From Lama glama (taxonomy: Eukaryota), in contig CM052817.1 of NCBI GenBank assembly GCA_028534125.1, forward strand, positions 64,668,001 to 64,732,000: DNA of 64,000 nucleotides. Reading direction: 5' to 3'. Shown in pieces: positions 29,254 to 42,844 of the stretch (positions are counted from its first letter, which is position 1; each line of letters opens with the position of its first letter). The notes beneath the pieces are model-generated. The model was not told the origin of the DNA and ran no database searches. It saw only the letters and a program-made list of their open reading frames with translations. Position numbers and translations under genes: made by a program.

Positions 29254-32200
29254 TGAAAACGTGTTATTTTAAAATCTGGCTATAGTTTGTGACATTTGGC
29301 CAAGGAAAAACAAAAGGTTCAGATTGGTGTGGGAAAAATGCCTCAGTGGTTTTGGATGGTAATGTAAGACTAGACTTCTGTCAGAGCTTAGGTGGAGGAA
29401 GTGTAGACAACTAAGGATTGTATTAGGGTAAGTAATAAAATAGGGACAATTTTTGGTGTTTTGCTTGTGGATGGGTGCACCAGAAGTACCAGTTCTTGGA
29501 GAAAATGTAGAGGAGGGCAAGAATGGGCTTGAATGAGATATGAGATAGAAGAGAGACAGCTCATGTAAAACTCCATGAGTGAGGATGGCCAGAGGACATG
29601 AGGGCAGCAGAGCCTAATATTAAATTTAATATTGTCTGTTTATGTCACACTGTACTGTAATCTATCCTTCCTCAATCATCAGCAAAGTCTGCTATCCACA
29701 AGGGCCTTGTGTTGGTGCTTTAGGAATTACAGGGAGAGGGAAAATACAGCATATAGTGAAGTAGCCCCTCAATGAGGAGGGCTCCAGGACAACAGCTGAC
29801 CAGTGGGATGTTTAAAAAATGATTCATCAGGAGCAGGAATTCAGACCATGTGAATGTTAGCTCCTGGAGATGCTCAGGAAGCATGGAGGGAGTATGTACT
29901 TCAGTAATTGTCATGGGGACCCCAGGCATTTTTTGGAGGGGGGATAGTGAATGAAAGCTGGGGACCCACATGCATAGCACATATCTGGATTATGTAGATA
30001 AAATCTGAAGTTTTCTTTTTTCTACCAAAGAGATTTCTCTCTTTTTTTTAAACTTTAAATTGAATTTTGTCATAATGTTAAGCAAAAAATCATTCCCCTA
30101 AATCTATGTCACTTGGTTTTGAGTTCTGGAGTAATCCCCAAAACTCTAGCTGAAACAGTAGTTTCAAGACTAGGGGAGCACAGTCTAATACCAAATTATA
30201 TTTAATTTGTGGAATGGTAGCCAAACAATTTGTGGGGTAATAGCTTTGGGATCCCAGATCTGGGATGGGTCTGGGTCCTCTATGTTGGTTCTCCTGGAAG
30301 ATGTTCATGCTAGTTTAAGCAATCATACCTTTTTATAATTTTTGTTTTCAATTTAACTGTTGGATTAATTTTATCATCTGTTTACACCATCCACACACTT
30401 ATATCCCAAGGATAAACACTAATTCTCAGAGAACATGTGATCTAAAACTATAGTGAGGAGAGAAAGGGAGCACACATTAATTGCATCATAATTAGCATGA
30501 GGCCACAACCCAGCTTCCAGGAGTCTACAGGCTGTTCTGTTTGGATTGAGTGAGACTTCCCCTGTGCCAGTGAGAGCAGTCATAATGGAGCCACTTAACT
30601 GACTCTTCAGCGGAAGTTTTCTGATTTTTAGGCAAGAGACTTTAAAGTGTTTGTGCTGGTAAGGACTCAAATTCCTAGCCAAAGATCCTTTGATCCCACA
30701 GTTTCCATCTTGGGGAAAAGAAAGGAGAAAGTTCATTCGCTTTGAGAGACTGATTTTTATAATAGGACTTTGTCCTGTTATAATTCCTGTTAGCTTTTTA
30801 AATTATTAACTAAGATAAAACTGTTGTTTGGTTTTATTTAGTGGGAGGAAATTAACCCTCACTGAACACCTCATTAAAATCAGGCACTTTATTGATTTAA
30901 TTTTCACTACAGTTGTGAGGTGGATATTATGTTTCCTACTAACAGATAAAATAGCATAGCTACCTTGTTTAATATCACTCAGTTGTTAGTTAGGGGAGCA
31001 CGGATTTGATTTTAAATCTGTTTGATTAAAAAGTTCATGTTTTTTTTTTTTCAGTTAAGCTGCTGATTTGAATGATTTTACATGGGTAAAATTTGGACTC
31101 TGTAATTTCCCTATTCTTGCCTTTACCCTTAAGTAGATTTTTGACTTCTAAGATATTGTTCATATTTCTTTTACTGTAAAATTTACAATAAAAATTTAAA
31201 TTAAATTTTCACTTTTTATTTTTATTGTTAATAAATATTATATAGAATTGCTACTCTAAATCCTAGTTAGAAAGGTAATTTTTTCACCTTTGATGAATGT
31301 CTGTAAGATAATTCATAACAACATAATTATTTTAGCATTGTGATATTAGGCAAATATAATTTATTTTTCAGATTTTAGCTTAAATATCACTTATTCAATG
31401 TAGGCTTCCTCAAATCTCTCTGGGCTCTGTTTTACACTCTCAAAGCCCCCTATACTTTTCCTTCATAGCACTTTCAGCTTTCACTTTCAAATTTTGTGTT
31501 AGTAGTATGTCTTTTTCATCTAGCGATTTCTCTAGAGTGAATATAGTGCACAGGATTTAAATGGACTTATAGTCATTCTTTAATACTGGCTTACAATGCA
31601 AGCTCTAGGCACCTCACAGTTATGACTTGGGAACAGTCACAGAATGAACCTGAGCTGCTCTGAAACAGAGTCAGCATAATATGTTTTTCCTCAGGATAAA
31701 ACAGAGACGAGAGACCTGAAGAGACCATAGAAACAGATACTGAGTTGTTAAAACATTACAGTTTTTAAATTAAAATTTTATTTTGATATAATTATAAATT
31801 CATATGTAGTTGTAAGAAATAAAACAAGATCCTATGCACCCTTCATCTAGTTTACCCCAGTGTTAACATCTTGTAAAAGTATAATACAGTATCATAAATG
31901 GGAAATTGACATTGATAGAATCCACTGACCTTATTCAGATTTCATAGTGTTATGTATTCATTTGTGCATTTATGTAGCAATTTTCTTTTAACAATTGCTC
32001 ATGCTATTCACTTTGTGATTCAGGTGATAGTCTGAAATTTTATAAAGTTGGTAGTCATATGTGAAGTTTTAAAGAATTTTTATGTTAACTGTTCAGTGTA
32101 ACATTTTGCTTTACTTTAAGTGTACTTCATCTTTTTGTTAATTGTATGGCACTAAGGTCAACTTAGTCTTCAACAATCTGTAATTGTTCTGAAGGCAGTG

Positions 32201-33039
32201 GTCAAGGCTTTAGAACTAGATGAACCTTGCCTAGAGTTCTGACTCTGCTATTTGCTAGCTGTAAAAACATCACACATTTTATTGAATAGTAATAAAAATA
32301 AATGAATAATTATAACTCAGACTTTCATATCCTGCTAATGTTAAAAGCAAAGCATGATAGCCAAATAATAAAAACCTAAAAATCGGAGAACATACCCCAA
32401 AAGACAATAAATGCCATATTTTCTAAAGAGATCAGCCCCAATACAAATATGTCTAGGCCTATTATACACACAAATTGCTGTATTAGTACTTATAGCTCCC
32501 CACAGTATTTAAAGCCTGCCTTTCGATCCAAAATTTGTCCATCTTTTCATTCTGGTTCATAGAAGCCAACTATATTCTTTTTCTAATATTTATCGTAGTT
32601 TGTAATTATTTATTTATGTGTTTACATGTTTAATGCCTAGCTTCCCTTATGAGACTATAAGCTCTCTGAAGGTAAGGACCACATCCATCTTGTTCAAATC
32701 GTGCAGATGGTGGCTGCCAATCATGCCTGGCAGAGAGTTGTTATATACAAGATTTGCTTATCAAATGATGAATGACAGGATCAGCAACATTTGCATGCTG
32801 AGCCATCTTTAAAAAGAAAGAGTCATATCTGGCCTCTGTAGCACAAGTGTTAATGTTGTTAAAAAAACATTTCTTGTTAAAAATTCTTTTCTGTTAAATT
32901 AATCTTAGTCATTATGCATTTTGCAGATCCATAGCAAGTTCTGGGTTTCAATGTAATTTGTGAGACTGCCAGAAGCTCCCAAAGTTTGGAACCATGCATT
33001 AAGAGAGATTATTTAAAAAATTTTTTTATTTAACTATTT

Positions 33040-33435
33040 ATTTCTTTTACAATATCATTTTTTTAAATTGAAGTATAGTTGATGTACAATATTATATGTT
33101 ACAGGGATACAATATAGTGATTCACAATTTTTAAAGGTTATACTCCATTTATAGTTATTATAAAATACAGGCTATATTCCCCATGTTGTATCTTATTTTA
33201 TACCTGATAGTTTTTACCTCTTAATCCTCCACCTCCATCTTGCCCCTCCCTTTTCCCTCTCCCCACTGATAACCACCAGTTCCTTCTCTACATCTGTGAG
33301 TATGTTTCTTTTCTGTTATATTTACTAGTGTGTTGTATTTTTTTAGATTTCACATGTTAGTGATATCTTGAAACATTTGTCTTTCTATCTGATTTATTTC
33401 ACTTAGCATAATGCCCTCCAAGTCCATCCATGCTG
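33040..33435 (-). mobile_element. L1 3' end
   Basis: ttttttaaattgaagtatagttgatgtacaatattatatg...cacttagcataatgccctccaagtccatccatg. Confidence 0.8.
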
Positions 33436-34548
33436 TACACCAGAAACTAATACAATATTTTAAATCAACTGTCCTTCAATTAAAAAGTAAACAACCAGCC
33501 AACCAACCCATTTAAAATATGGGCAGAAGAACTGAACAGACATTTTTCCAAAAGAAGAAATGCAGATGGCCAACAGGAACATGAAAAACTGCTCAAAATC
33601 ACCAATATCAGGGAAATGCAAATCAAAATCACAATGAGACACCATGTCACACCTGTCAGAATGGCCATCATCAAAAAAAAAAACAAAACCAAAAACCAAA
33701 AAACATGGATAACAAATGTTGGCAAGGATGTGGAGACAGGGAACCTTGGAACCTTTGAACCTTTGTACAATGTTGGTGGGAATGCAAATTGGTGCAGCCA
33801 TCATGGAAAACAATATGGAGGTTTCTCAAAAACCCCAAAACAGAACCACTACATAGTTCAGCAGTTCCACTCCTGGGCATATACCCAAGAAAAACAAAAA
33901 CATTAATTCAAAAAGATACATACACTTTGCTATTAACAGCAGTGCTATTTACAATTGCCAAGGCATGGAAGCATCCTAAGTGCACATCAATAGATGAATG
34001 GATAAAGGAGATGTAGCACATATTTGCAATGGAGTACAACTTACCCATTAAAAAGAAGGATATTTTGCCATTTGTGGCCCTTCATTCACCTTTTTTTCAT
34101 ATTTTTTTTTATTGGGTTATAGTCAGTTTACAATGTTGTGTCAATTTCCAATGTAGAGCACAGTTTTTCAGTTATACATGAACATGCACCTTTATTCACT
34201 TTTTTTTTTCACTTCAAAGCCCAGTATTTTATAACTGGCATAAACATTTCCATTGCATCAAAAGCAAAAAAATACCTAGAAATTAACCTAACCAAGGAGT
34301 TTACCTATACTCTGAAAGCTGTAAAACACTGATGAAGGAAATTGAAGATGATACAAAGAAATGGAAAGATGTCTTGTGCTACTGGAATGGAAGAATCAAC
34401 ATTAGCAAAATGGCTATACTACCCAAAGCAGTCTACAGATCCAATGTAACCCCTGTCAAAATACCCACAACATTTTTCACGGAACTAGAAAAAACAATTC
34501 CAAAATTTATATGGAACAATAAAAGACCCCAAATTGCCAAAGCAATCT
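33436..34548 (+). mobile_element. L1 ORF2/3' fragments (plus strand) with a small nested minus-strand L1 tail at ~34100-34185
   Basis: ORF2-like [71 protein letters not shown]. Confidence 0.85.
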
Positions 34549-36578
34549 TTTGTAGGTCTTTTTTCCCCCTCTTTCTTCTTTTTTTCCTCTTTTCTTGTGG
34601 TTTGATGACTAGAGAAGTTCCTTTAACATTTGTTGTAAAGCTAGTTTGGTGGTGCTGAATTCTTTTAGCTTTTGTTCATTTGTGAAGATTTTGATTTCTC
34701 TATCAAATCTGAATGAAAGCCTTGCTGGATAGAGCATTCTTGGTTTTAACTTTTTCCCTTTTCATCACTTTAAATATATCATGCCACTCCCTCTGGCCTG
34801 TAGAGTTTCTGCTGAAAAATCAGCTGATAACCTTATAGTAGTTCCCTTGTATGCTATTTGTTGCTTTTCTCTTGCTGATTTTAATACTTTCTCCTTATCC
34901 TTAATTTTTGTCAATTTGATTACTATGTGCCTTGGTGTGTTCCTCTTTGGGTTAATCCTGTGTGGAATTCTTTGCACTTCCTGGACTTGGGTGACTGTTT
35001 CCTTTCCCAAGTTGGGAAAGTTTTCAGTTATTATCTCTTCAAAAATTTTCTCAGGTACTCTCTCTTCTCTTTCTGGGACCCTATAACATGAATATTCACT
35101 TCATGTTATCCCAGAGTTCTCTTAAACCATCCTTATTTCTTTTCATTCTTTTTTCTTTTTACTGTTCTGCAATAGTGATTTCCACTAATCTGTCTTCTAG
35201 CTCACTGATCTGTTCTTCTACCTCATTTAGTTTATTCTTGTTCCCTTCTATTCTGTTATCCATTTCAGTAATTTTATTCTTCAACTCTGTTTGAATATTC
35301 TTTATATTTTCCAACTCTTTGCTAAAAACTTTGCTCTGTTCACCTATACTCTTCTTGAAATCTCTGAACATCTTTGCCATCATTACTCTAAACTCCTTTC
35401 AGATAAATTGTCTATCTCCTTATCACTTATTTCTTCTTCTGAGATTTTATCTTGTGCCTTGGCCTGGAACATATTTCTCTGCTGCCTTATATTGTCTGTC
35501 TTTCTCTTTGTTTTTTTAATGTAGATTAGTTACTTTCTTGACCTTGGAGAAGTGGCCCTCTGTGGGAGATGTCCTATATGTCCCAGCACTACACTCCTAT
35601 CTTGTCACCCAAGGACCTGGGTCCAGTCAGTCCCATTGTAGAGTCTGGTCTGTGTTTGTGGGCTCCTTCCACAAACTTTGGGATTGTTGTTTCCTTATTC
35701 TATTATCTGCCCCCTGGTGGATGAGGCTAGACTAGAAGCTTATGCAGGTTTCCTGGCAGGAGGAGCCGGTGCCTGCCCACTGCTGGGTGAAGCTTGGTCC
35801 TGGACTTCTGGTGGGTAGAGCTGTGTCTAGAGGCATTTGTGGCTCAGAAAGTCTGCTGATGGGTGGGACTGTGTTCCTACCCAGTATGTTGTTTGGCCTA
35901 AGGCTTCCCAGCATTTAAGCCTACAGGCCGTTGGGTGAGGCTAGGTCTTGGTACTAATGATCTAATCAAGATGCCAGCCTCCAGGAAAGCTCATGCAGAT
36001 GAACACTCCCTGAATGTCCACCACTAGCTTTTATGTCCTAAAGGTGAGCCACAGCTGCCCCCCCACCTCCCCAGGAAACCTTCTAAAACCAGCAGGCAGG
36101 TCTGGCCCAGGTTCCTATGAAATCACTACTTCTGCCCTTGGACCTCATGCACGTGAGAGTCTGTGTATGCTTCCCAAGAGAATGAAGTCTGTTTCCCCAA
36201 GTCCCATGGAGCTCCTGGAGTTAAGGCCCACTGGCCTTCAAAACCAGATGTCCTCGGGTCTCATCCTCTCTATGCCAAAACCCCAGGGGAGCCTGACTTG
36301 GGGCACCAAGCTCTCACTCCTGTGGGAGGGCCTCAGCTACTTAATTATTCTTCAGTTTGTGGGTTGCCCACCTTGGGGGTAATGGGGTCCGATTATTGCT
36401 AGCATTGCCCTTCCTACCATCTAACTGTGGTTCCCTCTTTATGTTTCCAGTTAAAGTGGATCTTTTTTGCTAGGTTCCAGTCTTTGTTTTCAATGGTTGT
36501 TTAGCAGTTGTGGTTTTGTTGTAGTCCTGAGGAGAGACAAGCTCATGATCCTTCTACTCTGCCATCTTGACTGGAAAT
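34549..36578 (-). mobile_element. L1 5' portion (5'UTR + ORF1)
   Basis: ORF1-like GKETVTQVQEVQRIPHRINPKRNTPRHIVIKLTKIKDKEKVLKSAREKQQ..IRLSADFSAETLQAR; 5' motif caagatggcagagtagaagga at ~36570. Confidence 0.88.
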
Positions 36579-36811
36579 CCCAAGAGATGTTGTTGAGAGC
36601 GCATCTGCTGGATTGCTGAAGACAATTACTACTGAAAACAGATCGTATTCAAGGAGAATGCTTTGGTTCAGGGGATTTGAATCCTGTCTGGAAAACAGGA
36701 GGTGCCTCAAGACTTGTAGATACTACTTGAGAAGAGTGTATTTTTATAGAGTCTTAAAGACCTAAATTTTTAATTATTTGTTTTTTAAAATTATACAAAT
36801 CACACATTTTT

Positions 36812-36834
36812 TTGGGGGGGGTGAAGCAGGTATG

Positions 36835-36868
<34 letters not shown>

Positions 36869-36970
36869 TGTATGTATGTATGTATGTTAATGGAGTTACT
36901 GGGGATTGAACCCAACACTTCATGCACACTAAGCATGCGCTCTACCACTAAGCTAGTTATACCCTCCCCC
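36812..36970 (-). mobile_element. tRNA-derived SINE, camelid vic-1-like, with (TACA)n tail
   Basis: Minus strand reads GGGGAGGGTATAACTAGCTTAGTGGTAGAGCGCATGCTTAGTGTGCATGAAGTGTTGGGTTCAATCCCCAG (A and B boxes); TSD a[c/t]aaatcacacat[t/g]ttt at 36795-36811 and 36971-36987. Confidence 0.85.
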
Positions 36971-37272
36971 ATAAATCACACATGTTTCCTGTAGACTTAA
37001 GTTGGGGTTATTTCAAATCATCTTTACCAGTAAGTTACTGTGTATGATTTATCTTTTGATAATGTCTGGAAGGCCTTCACATTATTCAAGTTTTCTCTTC
37101 CTGATGTGTGTATTGTCTCTTGGTCTATGTCTGGCATTCTAGCTATCAGAGTACCATGAGAAAAATATGATACTGGGAAGTGCACACTTTACAGAAACAA
37201 ATGCTGCTGGTTTTTGAGGTCATCAGGTTGCTCATGGCAAACAATGGCTGAACACTGGGAAATGCTGATTGG

Positions 37273-38118
37273 GCCAATACTATAAAGCTACAGTAATCAA
37301 AACAGCATGGTATGGGCAGAAAAACAGAAATATGGATCAATGGAACAGAATAGAGAGTCCAGAAATAAACCCACACACCTATGATCAATTAATCTATGAC
37401 AAAGGAGGCAAGAATATACAATATAGTAAAGACAGTTTCTTCAACAAGTGGTCCAGCAATTCCACTTCTGGATATATATCTGGAAAAAAAAATGAGAACA
37501 CAAATTCAAGAAGATACATCCACCCCAATGTTCATAGCAGTGCTGTTTACAATAGTCAAGACATATAAACAACCCAAATGTCCATGATAGGTGATTGGAT
37601 TAAGAAGTGGTGTATATATACATAGACACACACACAATGGAATATTACTCAGCCATTAAAGAGTGAAATACTGACATTTGAGCAACATGGATGGATCTAG
37701 AGATTATCATACATAGTAAGTGATCCTATATTTACATAAATGATATAAGTCAGACAGAGAAAGATAAATATTATATGATACCACTTAGATGTGGAATCTA
37801 AAAAATAATACAAATGAATTTATATACAAAATAGAAACAGACTCACAGACATAGAAAACAAACTTAGTGTTACCAAAGGGGAAAGGGAAGTTAGGAGGAT
37901 AAATTAATAGTATGGGATTAATGAATACAAACTACTATACATAAAATAGAAAAGTAACAGGGATTTACTGTATAACACGGAGAACTATATTCAATATCTT
38001 ACAGTAACTTTTAATGGAAAATAATCTGAAAGAAAAATATAACTGAATCACTTTGCTGTACAGCTGAAATTAATACTATATTGTAAGTCAATTGTACTTC
38101 AATTAAAAAAAAAAAAGA
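37273..38118 (+). mobile_element. 5'-truncated L1 (ORF2 fragment, 3'UTR, polyA)
   Basis: [33 protein letters not shown]; polyA at ~38105-38118; TSD aaatgct[ga/ac]ttgg. Confidence 0.9.
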
Positions 38119-38582
38119 AAATGCTACTTGGAAGATTTCCCAATGCAGAACTTTGTAGCATCATGTTTTGCCAGTAGTCACAGGGCCCCTTGACTTTCTG
38201 TCCTCAAGTTCAGCATCTTCTCCTTTTGGCAAACTGCCTGGGCAGAGATGCCATTGCTTCCTGGTCCTGGTCTCAGTCCACTGGCCTCAACTTGTCTAGT
38301 TACTGTTTCTTCCAGGATGCTCCCTGAGCCATCATGCACACAGAGGACTAGTTGACCTCTCCAGGAGCCACGTTATGCCAGTGCATGTATCTTCCATTCA
38401 ATTTGCAGCAAGTCTCTTGTTCAGGATCATGTTTCTCAAGTTATCCATACCGCATGGCTTTTGTTTTTATTTCAAATCCATCATGGACTTATATTTCTTT
38501 TAATAAAATATGATAAAAATCAGTTGCTAGAAAAATGAAAAGGAAAATAAAGACAAAGACATATAAAATACAAACCCCAAAT

Positions 38583-41295
38583 GTTGAATCTTTTCAAATG
38601 CATTTTCTGTAGCTATTGAGATGATGTGATTTTTATCTTTAATTTTGTTAATGTGATATGTCACATTTATTGATTTGTGAATGGTTGAACCATTCTTGTA
38701 TCACTGGAATAAATCCCACTTTATCATGGTAAATGATCCTTTAAATGTGTTGTTGAATTTGGTTTGCTAATACTTTGTTGAGGATTTTTGCATCTACATT
38801 CATCAGCGATACTGGCATATAATTTTCTTTTTTGTGTTATTCTTGTCTAGTTTTGGTATAGGATAATATTAGCCTTATAAAATGAATTAGAAAGCATTCC
38901 CTTTTCTTTAATTTTTTTGATTAGTTTTTTTTTTACTTCTTTTTAATTTACTTTTTTTCTGGGAGGGGTGAGGTAATTAGGTTTGTTTATTTATTTATCT
39001 ATAGAGTAGGTACTGGGTATTGAACCCAGGATCTATTTCTTTTTCCTTGTGTTTCTGTCTGATATGTTAGTTTGGTGGTTTTCTATGATGTTTTTCTTAG
39101 TTTCCTCTTTTTTTATCTGTGGTCTAGATTTATGTTTTGTGGTTACCATTAGGTTTGTATAAAATATCTCAAAGATAAAATAGTTCTTTTCCTACTGATA
39201 GCATCTTATCTTCATTTGCCTATACAGGTTCCATCCTTTTCTTTGACCCTTTTATGTTTTGTTGTCTCAAATTATCCCTTTTTATGTTGTGAGTTTATCA
39301 AATTGAAGTAGTTATAGTTATTTTTACTGCTTTTCCCTCTTTAACTTTTACACTGTAATTAAGTGTTTAACAACTTATTCTGATAAAGAGTTGCAATTTT
39401 CTGATTATTTTTGTCTATTTATTACCTTACTCAAAGTTTCATGTACTTTGCCTTTTCATTTCATGTAGAAGAACTCCTTTAAACATTTCTTATATGGCAG
39501 GTTTAGTAGTGATGAACTCCCTCTGCATTTGTTTATCTGGGAAAGTCTTTATTTCTCTTTCATATCTTAAGGGTAACTTGGCTGAATAGAGTGTTCATGG
39601 CTGACAGTTTTTATCTTTCAATATTTTGAGTACATCATTCCACTCTCTCCTGGCCTGCAGAGTTTTCTCGGAGGCATTTGCTATAGCCTAATGAGGATTC
39701 CTTTATAGGTCATCACCCTTTTTCACCCTGGCTGCCTTTAAAATTCTTTCTTTGTCATTAAATTTTGACAGCTTTAATATAATGTGTCTTGGAGAATTTC
39801 TTTTCACATTGAGGTAATCAGGTGTTCTCTTAGCTTTGTGGATTTGTATATCCAGTTTCTTCCCCAGGTTTAGGTAGTTCTCAACTATTACTTCTTTAAA
39901 TAAGCTCTCTGCTCCCATCTCCCTCTCTTTTCCTTCTGGGATATCCATTATGCTTGTGTTGTTCTTCTTAATGGAATCAGATAGTTCTCATATAATTACC
40001 CCATTTTAAAAAGATCTTAGTTCTCTGTCCTCTTCTACCTGTATCATTTCTAGATTTCTATCTTCAAGCTCATGAATTCTCTCTCTCTAGAGGGTCTTCT
40101 TTATTTTCAGTGTTTTCTAATGCTTTGTTCATCTCATTTGTTGAATACTTTAGCTCCAGAGTTTGTCTGATTCTTTATTTTAGAGTTTCAGTCTCTTTAG
40201 TAAAGTATTCCTTCTGTTCATTAATTTTATTCCTGAGCTCATTGAATTGCTTTTTTTAAATTCTCTTGTAGCTTATTGGATTTCCTCATGACAGCGATTT
40301 TGAATTCTCCATCAATTAGATGACAATATTCTGTGATTTTAAGTTTGGATTTTGGAAAATTATCAGTTTCTTTTTGTGACTTCATGTTATCATTGTTTTT
40401 CATGGTGTTTAATGAGTTGTTCCTCACTGGTGTGTTTGAAGTAGCAGACACCTTCTTTAAGTAAAGCTTTTTTTTTTTTAAACTTGATTCTAACAATTCA
40501 ACAGATTAGTAATTACAGGACTTTGTTTTTCAACAACAAAATAGATTTATGTTTATGAAACATAAAGTTATATAGCTGGCACTATAGTTCAAGTTTTTGA
40601 TTTTTCTTCCCTAAGCTGCCTCTGGCTATATTTGAGAATTGGGTACTTCCCACCCTCTACTCTCTCTCTGCCAGGGGTGTTGCTGGTGCCCTTATTGTTG
40701 CTGTTTGTGCTTTCGGGTTGCTGATACCTTTCTGCTGCTGCTGTCACTGCTCTCCGGGGCACTTGGATAGTGGGGGCCTCTGCCACATTCAGGATTGCTT
40801 GGGTTGCAGGCTTTGCCATGGTGGGGAGAGAATGAGTGTAGGGCCAGGGTTGCAGTTCCCTCTGTCACATCTGTAGTTTTTGGGTTTGAAGGAGCTGCCA
40901 CTGTGGGTGGAAGGGAGCTGGAGTCATGGGAACCTCCATGGCTAGAGGGACAGGGTTGCAGGCCCTACTGCTGCTGCAGCCAGGAGGCTGGAGTCATGTG
41001 TGCCACCTCCTTTGTTGCTACTGGATTCTCTGGAGCTGTGGGCTCAGCCACCACAGCTGGGGAGCTGGGATCAGAGGCACTGCCTCCAGCATTTCCTCAA
41101 TTTTGCCTCTTCTGTGTGTTCCAATTGTGTTTTAGTACACTCACTTTTAGATGTACAGATGTGGGGAACTTTCTTGCATTGTGGTGTGTTGAACAGAGGA
41201 TATTTTGTTGAGTTATGGATGTTTTACTGGTTGTAGATTGAAGAGGGGAGACAAAGAGAGTGTTTCATGCTGTCATGATGCTGACATCACACCTC
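38583..41295 (-). mobile_element. Older L1 (ORF2 piece, ORF1, 5'UTR) with a partial vic-1-like SINE at ~38945-39032
   Basis: ORF1-like IPEGKEREMGAESLFKEVIVENYLNLGK.LDIQIHKA.RTP..LNVKRNSPRHIILKLSK; SINE piece gtactgggtattgaacccagg. Confidence 0.8.
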
Positions 41296-42276
41296 TCTGA
41301 ACCTTTTGACTTCTCCCAAAGCATTTCTGGCATCTCCACCTCATTTGTTGTAGGCCATTGTTTTTTCCTCCAAGCTTTGAGGAGCCATTTCAGTAGCACA
41401 GGGCTGACTCCAGACATCCTTCTTAGGGATTAAATCCTGAGTTACAGGAGATTGCCCCCATTTCAACAACCTCTTCCTTATATTCTCTAGTCTAGCATGT
41501 TCATGATTGATTTCCAACATATTTTTCCAGTTCCTGCTAGTACATGTGAGCCAGATTCTGTAGATTTTTTGGTAAATTACTTCCCTAGTTAAGCTGAGAT
41601 TTGAATGTATTTGTTGGCCTAGAAATCATGAGGAGAAGTAGGGGTACATATTAAGGGAAGTAGGCCTCATTTTATGAGGCATTCACCTTAGTAAGGCTCC
41701 TTGTAGTCTCCAAGTGAGGAGAGGCTGCTATCCTGTGGCAAGGGGGAGTGGGACATTTCTTTAGGCCCACAGGGTTCAGGAGAATTTGGGGTTCAAAGTC
41801 CTTAAAATATTCCCAGTTCAGTTTCAAGATATCACCCCTTTCCTATCATGACCCTGATTTTAGTGTCAGAGATTCATGAGGGTCTATAAATGAAAACTTC
41901 TGTGCAATTTGGATAATGTCATAATCAAATTGTGGGTCTAATTTTCAGCCCAATTTGTCCTCTAGTTACAGGAGATAAGGGAACATTTAAATGCTGCCAT
42001 AGAAGTCTTGTGGTTTTCAGTCATGCTCTTAGTTGGTCATTGTGTGACTCAAGCCTATAATTTTTTTTTCTTTTAGCATATTGATAACAGCAATAAACAA
42101 CCAAATCCATAGTCCATAATTACAACTGCCATCTTATGTCTCAAATGCTAATGATGTTGCACAAGGCAGTGCATAACCTGCAATCTATATCCCATCTGAA
42201 TTCACCACAGGCAATTGTGAACTGGTAATTGTGTTATAGGATAATGCTGGAAAGGATTATTATCTTACTTACCATC

Positions 42277-42749
42277 TGCATATTAGTTATCTATTGCTTA
42301 GCAGCTTAAAACATTTGTGTTCTCAAAGTTTCTGTGGGTCAGGAATCTGGGAGCAGCTTAGCTGGGTGGTTTAGTTCAGGATCTCTTACAAAAGTATATT
42401 TGAGGTATTGACCAGGGCTGCTCATTTCAAGGCTTGACTCAGGAAGAATGTTCTTCCAATTTCACTTACACGTCTATTGACAGGGCTCAGAAGATTGACT
42501 TCCAAGCTTAGGCCCCTGGCTTATGCTGCTTCACGATGTGCCAGCTGGCTTCTCCCAGAACAAGCAATCCAAGAAAGAAGCTGCCATAATGGAAGCCATG
42601 GTCTTTTTAGAACTCAGTTTCAAAAGTGATGTCTTATCATGTCTGCTGTGGAAATCAAGTCATTAAGTCCAGCTCACATTTAAGGAGAGGAGATTACACA
42701 AGGGCATGAATACCAGGAGGTAGGGATCATTGGGGTCTGTCTGATTACA
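42277..42749 (-). mobile_element. MaLR (MLT1-type) LTR
   Basis: attagttatctattgct...tttctgtgggtcaggaatctgggagcagcttagctgggtggtt...caagggcatgaataccaggagg; typical MLT1 motifs. Confidence 0.7.
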
Positions 42750-42844
42750 ACTCACAATGGTGTCCTTTTCCCATCTTAGCAAATGATCCAATTCCAGAAT
42801 CTCATCCCTAGGGTCTGCTCCCTAGGACTACTTCTGGTACCAAC

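Noticed and set aside
36890..36970. tRNA gene
   Set aside because: The tRNA-like head is followed by a simple-repeat tail and flanked by a TSD, so it is a SINE.
40795..41211. Longest ORF in the track (138 aa, plus strand)
   Set aside because: It lies antisense within a GC-rich L1 5'UTR and has no recognisable protein similarity.
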